Below, piece after piece: positions 26,701 through 37,645 of a stretch of DNA of 64,000 bases. Source of the DNA: Squalus acanthias (lineage: Eukaryota); assembly GCA_030390025.1 (NCBI GenBank), contig CM059432.1, forward strand, positions 26,414,001-26,478,000, given 5' to 3'. The notes under the pieces are model-generated. The model was not told where the DNA came from, made no database searches, and was given only the letters and a program-made list of their open reading frames with translations. The stretch's first letter is position 1; each line of letters opens with the position of its first letter. Position numbers and translations under genes: made by a program.

Positions 26701-27245
26701 AAGAGGCTTCAAGGGGATATAGACAGGCTAAGTGAGTGGACAGGAACATGGCAAATGGAATATAATGTGGAGATATGTGAAGTTATCCACTTCGGTAGGA
26801 AAAATAGAAAAGGAGAGTATTTTTTAAATGGTGAGAGATTGGGAAATGTTGGTGTTCAGAGGGACCTGGGTGTCCTTGTACACAAATCATTGAAAGTTAA
26901 CATGCAGGTACAGCAAGCAATTAGGAAAGCAAATGGTATGTTGGCCTTTATTATGAGGGGATTTGAGTGTAAGAGTAAAGATGTCTTACTGCAATTATAT
27001 AGGGCCCTGGTGAGACCACACCTGGAGTATTGTGTACAGTTTTGGTCTCCTTACCTAAGGAAGGATACACTTGCCATAGAGGACGTGCAACAAAGGTTCA
27101 CCAGACTGGTTCCTGGGATGGAGGGATTGTCCTCTGAGGACAGATTGAGTAGACTAGACCTATATCCTCTGGAGTTTAGAAGAATGAGAGGCGATCTCAT
27201 TGAAACATATAAAATTCTTATAGGGCTTGACAGGGTAGATACGGG
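23793..27245 (+). mobile_element. CR1 ORF2 fragment interrupted by a solo LTR, 3'-truncated
   Basis: SDHNMIEF end of the endonuclease at about 23830; ORFs 25854-26486 and 26452-27245 carry RT motifs. Confidence 0.9.
23952..25656 (+). mobile_element. Solo LTR, 1705 bp (ERV or Gypsy type)
   Basis: Starts TGTA and ends TACA; GGTA on both sides (4-bp TSD); CR1 resumes in register; TATA-like 24560 and AATAAA 25447; homologous copy at 56697-59205. Confidence 0.9.
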
Positions 27246-27294
27246 GAAATGGAGGGAGGTGGGGGGGGGCGGTGGCGGGGGGTGGGGGGGAGGA

Positions 27295-27480
27295 GGCGAG
27301 GACAGGATTAAGCTCAGCTGTCCCCAGTCAATTAGCCTAATGATGCTCACTGTTGAGGCTCACACTTGAACAACGGCCGCTTGGGTGATGTATCTGTTGA
27401 GGTGGAGTATTGCCAGCACCCATGGAAACACTACCTTCAAGAAAGAAGGAAGGAAAATTGAGCTGGAGGAAAATTAAATA
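27295..27480 (+). mobile_element. Old SINE-like repeat, family S1 (3' part)
   Basis: gaggacaggattaagctcagctg...ctcactg...ggctcacac...gaaaattg. Confidence 0.55.
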
Positions 27481-27899
27481 TGAACACAACTCAGTAGAAT
27501 ATCATAACTGTATTTCATGGGTTTGCGTTTGAGTTTTATTGTAATAGCTAATCTGTTGCTAAGTGAACCAAATTAACTTAGGATTGTCCAGCCACAGTTC
27601 AATCATCAGCAGGAATGCAACACATTGGTTGATGCAGGATCTTGGCTCATCTCATCTCATATCAAGGACTGACAACACAATTTGAATATGTAACTAAAAA
27701 ACATTTTGTTTCATTATTTCTAAAACAGGCAAAAAAAAATACATGTGCCAGCTTAACCATCACAAACAATAATTAGGTCTTAACCACTGCTCCCATTTTC
27801 TCAGACTGCCGGCGGGGTGGTCCACACCCCTGAGGTCTACCCACCATTCCCTGCCACCTTCCTGGGCCATGGCAACCCTCTCCTCTTTCTCAGATCTCC

Positions 27900-28206
27900 A
27901 TGCTTCCCTACCCCTTTGTTATTCTGCTGTTACCATTTACACCTCCTCTGAACCCATCTTTTGTTTCTTTGCTTGTACCCTTTTGCCTTGTACTTTTGAC
28001 ATTTAATCACTCCTGCCCTCCACTATATTGCAGACCATTTCCTTTGTTCTTTCCTCCCCTCCTTCCCCCCCCCCCCCCCCCCCCCCCCCCCCGACACCCC
28101 CACCTCCCCCCATTTCCCTGCCTTCTGTACTTGCTTAAAAATTGTTAATCAACAACATCTTCCAGTTTTGAGCATCATTAACTCTCCACAGATGCTGCCT
28201 GACCTG
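27900..28206 (+). mobile_element. Penelope-like 3' UTR/pLTR remnant, continues at about 31858-31910
   Basis: Pyrimidine-rich UTR like the reverse complement of 60905-61140; ctctccacagatgctgcctgacctg breaks at the CR1 and cagcattttct resumes after it. Confidence 0.65.
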
Positions 28207-28512
28207 GTCAGGGGTCCTTTAGGGAAGAGTGACCATAACATGGTAGAATTCTTCAATAAGATGGAAAGTGAAGTAGTCCAATCCGAAACTAGTGTCCTAA
28301 ATCTAAACAAAGGAAACTACAAAGGTATGAGGAGGGAGTTTGCTATGATAGATTGGGGAGCTTCATTAAAAGGCATGATGGTGGATAGGCAATGGCTAAC
28401 ATTTAAGGAACGAATGCATGAATTGCAACAGTTATACATTCCTTTCTGGCGCAAAAACACAAAAGGAAAAGCGGTCCAACCATGGCTAACAAAAGAAATT
28501 AAGGATAGTATT

Positions 28513-29697
28513 CTCTCTCTTAGGCAGTCCCTCGGAACCGAGGATGACTTGCTTCCACATTAAATATGAGTTCTCATGTGACTGATGAGTCCAATGCGGG
28601 ACCTACAGTCTCTGTCACAGGTGGGGCAGATGGTGGTTGAAGGGGCGGGTGGGTGGGGTGCTTGGGTTGACGTGTGCTCCTTGCGCTTGGCTTCCGCTTG
28701 CTCCCGACGAAGAGACTCGAGGTGTTAGGCGCCTTCCCGGATGCTTCTCCTCCACTTTGTGCGGTCTTGGGCCATGGATTCCCAGGTGTCGGTGGGGATG
28801 TTGCACTTTTTCAAGGAGGCTTTGAGGGTGTCCTTGAAGCGTTTCCTCTGCCCACCTGGGGCTCTCTTGCCGTGCCGGAGCTCCGAGTAGAGCGCTTGTT
28901 TTGGGAGTCTCGTATCGGGCATGCAGACGATGTGACCCGTCCATCGGAGCTGATCGAGCGTGGTCAAAGCTTCGATGTTGGGGATGTTGGCCTGAGCGAG
29001 AACACTGACATTGGTGCGCCTATCCTGCCAATGGATTTGCAGGATCTTGTGGAGGCAGCGTTGGTGGTACCTCTCCAGTGCTTTGAGGTGCCTGCTGTAC
29101 ATGGTCCATGTCTCTGTGGCATACAGGAGGGCGGGTATCACTACTGCTCTGTAGACCATGAGCTTGGTGCCGGGTTTGAGGTCCTGGTCTTCAAACACTC
29201 TCTTCCTCAGGTGACCGAAGGCTGCACTGGCACACTGAAGGCGGTGTTAGACTTTGTCATCGACGTCTGCCCTTGTTGACAGTAGGCTCCCGAGGTATAG
29301 AAACATAGAAACATAGAAACATAGAAACATAGAAACATAGAATCTAGGAGCAGGAGTAGGCCATTCGGCCCGTCGAGCCTGCTCCGCCATTCAATATGAT
29401 CATGGCTGATCATCCAAATCCAGTACCCTGTCCCTGCTTTAATCCCCACAGTACACATATCCCACCCTACCCCCGTAACCCCACATATTTAATTCCCCCT
29501 AACATATCCCATCCTATCCCCATAACCCCACATATTTAATCCCCCCTAACACTAAGGGTCAATTTATCATAGCCAAATCAACCTAACCCACACATTTTTG
29601 GACTGTGGGAGGAAACCGGAGCACCCGGAGGAAACCCACGCAGACACGGGGAGAATAGAAAGTGGTCCGCCTTGTTGTGGATTTTGATAATCGGGGG
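28513..29697 (-). mobile_element. 5'-truncated RTE LINE flanked by a 166-bp duplication
   Basis: ORF 28725-29198 KLMVYRAVVIPALLYATETW...QLRWTGHIV; 29656-29697 continues the frame (PPIIKIH...DHF|YLGSLLS) across the nested SINE. Confidence 0.88.
29299..29655 (-). mobile_element. 5'-truncated HE1-type V-SINE nested in the RTE
   Basis: V-core tctccccgtgtctgcgtgggtttcctccgggtgctccggtttcctcccacagtcc; CR1-derived tail with (tttctatg)n. Confidence 0.88.
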
Positions 29698-32689
29698 GAT
29701 AGACTGGGGAGCTTCATTAAAAGCCATGCCGTTGAATAGGCAATGGCTAACATTTAAGGAACGAATGCATGAATTGCAACAGTTATACATTCCTTTCTGG
29801 CGCAAAAACACAAAAGGAAAAGCGGCCCAACCATGGCTAACAAAAGAAATTAAGGATAGTATTAGATCCAAAGAGGAGCCATATAAAAATAGCAAACCTG
29901 AGGATTGGGAGCAGTTTAGAATTCAGCAAAAAATGACCAAGAGATTGATTAAAAGGGGAAAAATAGAGTATGAGAGTAAACTTGCAAGGAACATAAAAGC
30001 GGACTGTAAAAGCTTCTACAAGTATGTAAAAAGAAAAAGATTAGTGAAGACAAATGTAGGTCCCTTACGGTCAGAAACGGGAGAATTTATAATGGGGAAC
30101 AAGGAAATGGCATGCAATTAAACAAATATTTTGGTTCTGTCTTCACGGTAGAGGACACAAATAACTTCCCAGAAATGCTAAGGAACCAAGGGTCTAGTGA
30201 GAAGGAGGAATTAAAGGAAATTAGTATTAGTAAAAATATAGTGCTAAAGAACTTAATGGGACTGCAAGCTGATAAATCCCCAGGGCCTGATAATCTGCAT
30301 CCCAGAGTACTAAAAGAGGTAGCCATGGAAATAGTGGATGCATTGGTTGTCATCTTCCAACAGTCTATAGCTTATGGAACAGTTCCTGCAGATTGGAGGG
30401 TGGCAAATGTAACCCCACTATTTAAAAAAGGAGGGAGAGAGAAAACAGGGAACTACAGACCGGTTAGCCTAACATCAGCAGTAGGGAAAATGCTAGAGTC
30501 TATTATAAAGGATGTGATAACAGGACACTTAGAAAATATCAATGGGATTAGACAAAGTCAACATGGATTTATGAAAGGGAAATCGTGTTTGACAAACCTA
30601 CTGGAGTTTTTTGAGGATGTAACTGATAGAATAGATAAGGGAGAACCAGTGGATGTGGTGTATTTGGATTTTCAGAAGGTCTTTGATAAAGTCCCACATA
30701 AGAGGTTAGTGTGCAAAATTAAAACACATGGGATTGGGGGTAATATACTGGCATGGATTGAAAATTGGTTAACAGACAGGAAACAGAGAGTAGGAATAAA
30801 TGGATCTTTTTCGGGGTGGCAGGCAGTGACTAGTGGGGTACCGCAGGGATCAGTGCTTGGGCCCCAGCTATTCACAATATATATCAATGATTTGGATGAG
30901 GGAACCAAATGTAATATTTCCAAGTTTGCTGACGACACGAAACTAGGTGGGATTGTGAGTTTTGAGGAGGATGCAAAGAGGCTTCAAGGTGATTTAGACA
31001 AGTTGAGTGAGTGGGCAAATACATGGCAGATGCAGTATAACGTGGATAAATGTGAAGTTATCCACTTCGGTAGGAAAAACAGAAAGGCAGAGTATTATTT
31101 AAATGGTGATAGATTGGGAAATGTTGATGTACAAAGGGACCTGGGTGTCCCTGTACACCAGTCACTGAAAGCAAACATGTAGGTGCAGCAAGCAGTTAGG
31201 AAGGCAAATGGAATGTTGGTCTTCATTGCAAGAGAATTTGAGTACAGGAGCAAGGATGTCTTACTGCAGTTGTACAGGGCCTTGGTGAAACCACACCTGG
31301 AATACTGTGTGCAGTTTTGGTCTCCTTACCTAAGAAAGGATATACTTGCCATAGAGAGAGTGCAGCGAATGTTCATCAGACTGATTCCTGGGCTGGCAGG
31401 ACTGTTGTATGAGGAGAGATTGAGTCGACTAGGCCTGTATTCACTAGAGTTTCGAAGAATGAGAGGGGATCTCATTGAAATGTATAAAATTCTGACAGGG
31501 CTAGACAGACTGGATGCAGGGAGGATGTTTCCCCTGGCTGGGGGGTCTAGAACGAGGGGTCACAGTCTCAGGATACGGGGTAGGACATTTAGGACTGAGA
31601 TGAGGTGAAATTTCTTCACTCAGAGGGTGGTGAACCTGTGGAATTCTCTACCACAGAAGGCTGTGGAGACCAAGTCACTGAATATATTTAAGAAGGAGAT
31701 AGATAGATTTCTAGACGCAAAAGGCATCAAGGGGTATGGGGAGAGAGCGGGAATATGGTATTGAGATAGAGGATCAGCCATGATCATATTGAATGGCGGA
31801 GCAGGCTCGAAGGGCCGAATGGCCTACTCCTGCTCCTATTTTTCTATGTTTCTATGTCACAGCATTTTCTTCTTTTAATTCAGAGATCCACAGTATTTTG
31901 CATTTGTTTTATCACAAACAATAACTTGGATTTTCAGAACTACAGAGGCATAGCAGTGGCTGGGTTAAAGTGAATGTACTATGACTCCATTCCAGCATTA
32001 CAGTATCACAGCCTTAAATAAGTTCAACCTAATGCAGCGTAACACCTTCTTTCAATGGGCAATGTTCGTCTTTGTAGTCTATGGAACGATTTCACTCTAA
32101 GCTATGCCAGTTGTGCAGCTATAAAACTTATCCAGAGGAATCAGAGCAAACAGGCTTCAGGCATTTTTTTGCCCAGTTTCTTCTGCACACAAATTTACAG
32201 TTGCAATCGGTCATTGCAGCTGGGAATCGATCTGGAGTTATTATCTCAGCATCACACATAGCCCAGGGGGAGATGGTGTGCTAAAGATGAAATTTTACCT
32301 TTGTATCACCTTTGTGAAGTGGTCTGATAAGCGTCAACACTATTTACTTGCAGGTGTAGGCCTGGATTTTTCTGCGCTCTACCGCCCAAAATCAGGCAGT
32401 GTAGGAGAGAAAATGGAGCAGGGCCCAGAGGAGGTGTAAATGGTTACAGCAGAACAGCAGAGGTATAGGAAGCATGGAAAATCTGGCAAAGACGAGAAGG
32501 CTCCCGTGGCTCAGGAATGTGGCGCAGAAAAGTGGGTACCTGCCCCAAAATAGGTTTCACCACAATCTCTACCCAGCTGTCTGACCTTTGGCCACCTCAC
32601 TGCATTTAAACTACAGCAGGGGGCAGATTAGGGAAAAGAAAACCACTCCATGCCCCCTCCTTCCCACTAAAGTGCTGCCAACGTCAGAT

Positions 32690-32792
32690 ATCGGCTCCAC
32701 CATTGGTGGCCGTGCCTTCAGTTGCCAAGGCCCTAAGCTCTGGAATTCCCTCCCTAAACCTCTTCGCCTCTCAACCTCTTTTTTCTCCTTAA
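32690..32792 (+). mobile_element. L2-like LINE 3' fragment
   Basis: STIGGRAFSCQGPKLWNSLPKPLRLS. Confidence 0.65.
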
Positions 32793-33897
32793 AAGGTCGC
32801 ACTCAAAGGAATTTGTGGCCAGCTCAGTACAAGAAAGAAATTAGAGGGAACATTAGTGCTGACTACCTCCCCCAATTCTCTGATCTGCACTGCCTTTAAG
32901 TGAGACTCCCGCAGTGGGAACAGTCTCAGAATTTCAGGTCTGCAGTGCCAGCATTTCATTTCGTTTTGCAGCTTCCGCCTTACAATGTGCTGACACTTTA
33001 ATTCCCACTTTCTACTGTCTTTTCCTTATTCACTCTCTAACACGATACTTCTCACTTTTTATATTAGCTATTTTTAGTATCAATAGGCATTACTTGACAA
33101 TTGTAAGATTACATTCTATTTGTGGTTCATTTGTCTAGTTTCTCTGGGGGTAATTTTAACACGGGCGTTGGTTTGGGTGCGGGTGGGGGGTTAAATTTGG
33201 CAAAATTCCAAGTGGGTCGGGAAGCCGTCTCCAGCCCGCTGACTTCCGCATTTCACTGCAGCGCGTTCAGCTGCGAGCGCGCAACCCCCTTGGGAGAGGT
33301 GGGTTGTCAATTGAGATATGTTAATCGCTCAATTAGAGCGATATTGACACAGGTTTTGCAGTTTAACTTTGACTTCACAGGTTTCCCGAGCTTCCTGAAC
33401 TCGCCAGTGAAAGCAAAGCGAGAGCACAGTGGCAATTGAGGAGGCTAAAGCCATGACAGGGAAATATGCAAATAGGTACTCAGTACCAATGGCGCAGTGT
33501 TCTGGAGGTCTCGTGCAGGCCGCTAACCGGCTTTTAAATGGAAAAAACGCGTATGCATGGAAATTTGAATCGGCCGTTCAACCACACACCCAAAAACAAA
33601 TTAGAGGGAATACTGCTCAGTACTCACAGCTGCTTTCTTACCTGCTTGTGGGAAAGGATTTGTTCATGGTACTTGTGCTGAGAGGTTACTCTACACACTT
33701 TGGAGGTTACTTCACACTTTGGAGGTTGGAAGTCTGATCTGCCCTTTGAAACTCTGATCTATCAGATCAGCACGGGTGCCGCATACGCTGTGTTACTTTG
33801 GACCACAGATGAGGACCAAGATGACCACCAGCAGCAGGAGCAACATCCTACTGCTCACAGACCTGCAGCTTGCAGAGGCCATTCAAAAGATACTATT

Positions 33898-34153
33898 TGA
33901 AATAAAAACAGAAAATGCTGGAAATACTCAGCAGGTCAGGCAGCATCTATGGAGAGAGAAACAGAGTTAACGTTTCAGGTCGATGGCCTTTAATCAGAAC
34001 TCTGACACCTGCACCCTCTCAATTGCTGCTGTGTTCTCACTTTGCTTTCACTGACGAGTTCCAGGAAGCGTCAGTTCTGACGAACGGTCATCGACCTGAA
34101 ACGTTAACTTTGTTTCTCTCTCCACATTATTTCCAGCATTTTCTGTTTTTATT
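33898..34153. mobile_element. Inverted pair of Penelope pLTR/hammerhead tails inserted in the transposase gene
   Basis: 33898-34000 is the reverse complement of 34072-34153 apart from a short deletion. Confidence 0.8.
34072..34110 (+). ncRNA. Minimal hammerhead ribozyme
   Basis: CTGACGA (34077-34083), stem II ggtc/gacc, GAAAC, palindromic AACGTT stem III. Confidence 0.7.
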
Positions 34154-35515
34154 GCAGGAGGCCATACCCAGCACACAGGATCTACAGTCAGAGGATAAGC
34201 TTCCTCGACATGTTGGAACATCAGTGTATCAGGAGGCTAAAGTATCATGTCAGGTGGTGGCAGACATTTGCAGCCTGCTGGAACAAGACCTGCTGCCAAC
34301 TGGAGCTGGTGGCCACGCTTTACCAGTGGCTGTCAAAGTTACCACTGCCCTCAACTTCTTTGCCTCTGGATGCTCCCAGGGCTCTGCCGAAGACATTTGC
34401 AGGATCTCGCAGTCGGCGGAAGACAAAGGCTTGACAGATGACCGATGGCTTCTTTGCCAGGGCCGGTAATTATGTCAACTTTTCCTGCGATGAAGCCAGT
34501 CAGAAAGAGCGGGTGCTTGGGTTTGCGGCTCTGGCTGGCTTCCCACAGGTGCAGGGTGTCATCGACGGCACACTTTTGGCAATTAAGGCACCCATAGATC
34601 ACCCAGGAGTGTTCATCAACCGCAAAGGCTTCCACTCCATCAATGTGCAGCTGGTGTGCAACCACAAAAAGAAGTTTATGCAGGTGTGCGCAAGATTCCT
34701 GGGTAGCTGCCGCAGTCCACCCTCCCTGATCTCTTCGCACCTCGAAGCAGAGTTACCGGCTGGCTGCCTGGAGACAAAGGATACCCACTTAAAATGTGGC
34801 CAATGACACCTCTCAGAAACCTGAGGAATGAGGCCCAGGAGCAATACAATGAATGCCATAAGACCACCAGATGTGTAATCGAACAAGCCATCAGCATGCT
34901 GAAGGTGCGCTTCAGGTGCCTGGACAGATCTGGAAGCGCCCTTCAGTACACACCAGCCAGGGTCTCCAGAATGGTCGTGGTGTGCTTCGCTCTACACAAC
35001 ATTGCGCAGCAGCAAGGTATGGACCTGCAGGAGGAACAAGGCGAAGAGCACAGAACCTTTTCAGATGATTCCGAGGAGGAGGGGGAAGAGGATGGGGAAG
35101 AGGAGGGGAGGAGGAGGAGGTGGAAGGTGATGCGGGCAATGCACCACCTGCGGTGCACATTGCTGCCCAGAATACCCGGGATGTCCGCATTATTAAGAAC
35201 TTAGGTTCCACCAGCGCACCCATCTAACAACCCCATGCAAATGCCACATTTGCACCCCCACACCCCAAAGCCACTAACACAAAGCAGTCCTGCAAACAAC
35301 CAAGCCTCCCTTTCACAGCCCCCTATTGCTTGGCATCAATTCATGTCTTGCCATTCTTCATCACACAACTGAAAAGGCCACAGGCCAGCCAGCAACCAAG
35401 AATAGGCAAGACAGGAAAGTGGTGCAAAGGAATAACATCTATGTGGCTCAACTATAAAACAGAAACTTAACATTCTAACAATGTGTAACACACCCATGTG
35501 CTTTCCCTTGTGCAA

Positions 35516-37372
35516 CTATAAATCTTTACTCTTCCTTTTCCTAGCACTTCTACGTGTTGCAATCCCTGTGGCTTCAGCAGAGGGAGAGGCAGGCTGCTCA
35601 GAACCCTGCCCTGATGGCTGAGATGCTCTTCGCCGACCTCCTCTGAGTTTTAGAGCCCATGAGGGCCCCACCAAAGACTGCCCCACCTGCACCTGTACAG
35701 GGACAGACTCAGCCATTGGGAGATGAGGCAGCATGTAGGGCACTGACTGAGGAAGTGAGGGGGAAATGGGTAAGAAGTGGGAGCACTTTGAGCAGAGTCC
35801 CCACTTTTATGTCCCCTCAAACCATCATCCCTCTCAAGGCCCAGCCGCACTTCCCTGCTAGCAATGTGCTAGAGAACACTTTGCTGCAGATTAGTCGGGT
35901 GATGAATGGCCAAGGCTAGGGTATCATTCATCCTGTTCAAGGTGCCATTCATAGAGTGCAAGCATTGGTGAAGGCCTAAATGGACTCTTTTAATTGCCGC
36001 ATTTGATGCTCCATGCAGTTGGCCACTCTTTCCATGGAAGAAGACATCATCGCAAAGGCCTGCCACTTATGCTTGAGACAGACTCATTCAATCTCTCTGC
36101 AATCATGCACAGTGCAGCTGGAACACCTACCAGTACATCGCACATTCTCTGCTGCTGCTCAAGAAGTATCCAATTCGTTGACGGCCCCCTAGGTACAGCA
36201 TCTGCGTCCATCTGAGCATAGTTTGCAGAGTCCTGCGCACTCCAACACGGACTCTCCACTGCTATCCCTGGCTCCACCATCTGCCCTTGCTCACTTGTGA
36301 AGTGCGAGTCCCCACGTGAAAATCCAACTATTTCTCTAAGTTCTCCCACCGAAGTACCAGAATCTGAGTTGGTGCATGGTCTGCATAAGTCGTGTGATGG
36401 TGCACCCTCAGAGTGAGTGAGCTTCTCTGAGAAGTTGTTGTTGAGGTGGGTGACCTCGACCACCTCCTGAGGGATGCGTGAAGGCCCTGTAGAAGATAAA
36501 AGACATGAATGAGTACTGTGAAGGTAAGCATGCTTGAAGTTATCATTACGCACATGATCATATTCCAGTGGCTGTTGATATCAAGTCAGTGTGGCTTTGT
36601 GTTGTATGCCATGTGGCTGGCTGATATTTAATTCTGTCACCAGGTTGCTGGCTGGACCCCATCTCCGACGGCCAGGCACGCCAACCCTCCGCTAATCTCC
36701 AGCGCCTCCTTCTCTGCAGTTATCAATTGAGAGATGGCTGGAGGGCCACCTCTGGTTCTCTGCCCCTCCCTGGTGTTCTCTGCTCTCTTCTCCTGCAAGG
36801 ACAGAAAGAAGAGACCCGTGAGTGAGAGTAATGGCACGTGTTCACCCGATGGATGGACAGCATTTATTGAGGGTGACTGAGGTATAGGCATAACATTGCA
36901 TAAGGATGAGTGTGATGCACTGGGAGCGGTGTCAGTGGTGGATGGGTAGATGGGTATGTGAGTAAGTGCATAGACAGAGAAGGATGGGTGCACCTGCAAA
37001 GTAAGTTGGTGTGAGGAGTGATGTGCTACAGTAGGCTTGAGAAGGCAGAGTGAGGGGGTTAGGAAGATACACACATCAGGATGTAGTTAAATGGGGCACT
37101 GTACTCATCTTTCCTGCCCTGATTAGGTCATTAAACTGCTTTCTGCATTGAATTCAGGAGTTTGGCACCACACTCCTGCTGCTGAACTCCTGGGCAACCT
37201 CCAACCCCACCTTCTTTGTGTCGCCTGCAGGCTTCTTCCTCCTGTCACGAGGGAAGAGTATCGCCCTCGGGGCCCTTACAGCCCCCAACAGCACATCCAG
37301 GGAGGCGTCGCTGAAGCGGGTCGCAGCCTTTGCCTGTCTCGACTCCATACCAACAGGTCTGTGTCTCGCCAT
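35516..37372 (-). pseudogene. Harbinger Myb/SANT DNA-binding gene, 3 exons (37372-37109, 36792-36641, 36486-35516), decayed
   Basis: RFSDASLDVLLGAVRA...LEVAQEFSS...NS*IQCRKQFNDLIR; acceptors ccttgcag and cttctacag; first donor reads atgagt; C-terminal RRSARKRK. Confidence 0.8.
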
Positions 37373-37645
37373 GCCAACTCCCAACTCCTTCAACTTAGAT
37401 GTTTGGAGTGTTCCATTAAATACTGGAGTTGAAATCGCGTCATGCGCGTCGTCATCATGCCCGCTGACGCTAATCAGAAGCAAAACCCGGAAGTAAATTG
37501 ATATTGAGATGGCTCAGTTAAAAGCCACTGACAGACACGCTGCACTTACTTAACATAGAAACATATAAGATAGGAGCAGGAGTAGGCCATTCGGCCCCTC
37601 GAGCCTGCTCCGCCATTCAATGAGATCATGGCTGATCATCCAAAC

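Larger units (their letters stand above)
28206..31857 (+). mobile_element. 5'-truncated CR1 LINE with nested RTE and SINE
   Basis: ORFs 29672-30121, 30112-31182 (356 aa RT) and 31183-31608; tail tttctatgtttctatgt. Confidence 0.93.
33770..35205 (+). pseudogene. Harbinger DDE transposase (HARBI1-like), frameshifted
   Basis: [66 protein letters not shown] and an acidic tail. Confidence 0.9.
33146..37550. mobile_element. Harbinger transposon 1 (transposase plus, Myb gene minus, convergent), decayed; right end uncertain
   Basis: Left end gggggtaatttt; two-gene architecture; right side interrupted by a CR1, with a possible TIR aaaatccagccc at about 41950-41961. Confidence 0.85.
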
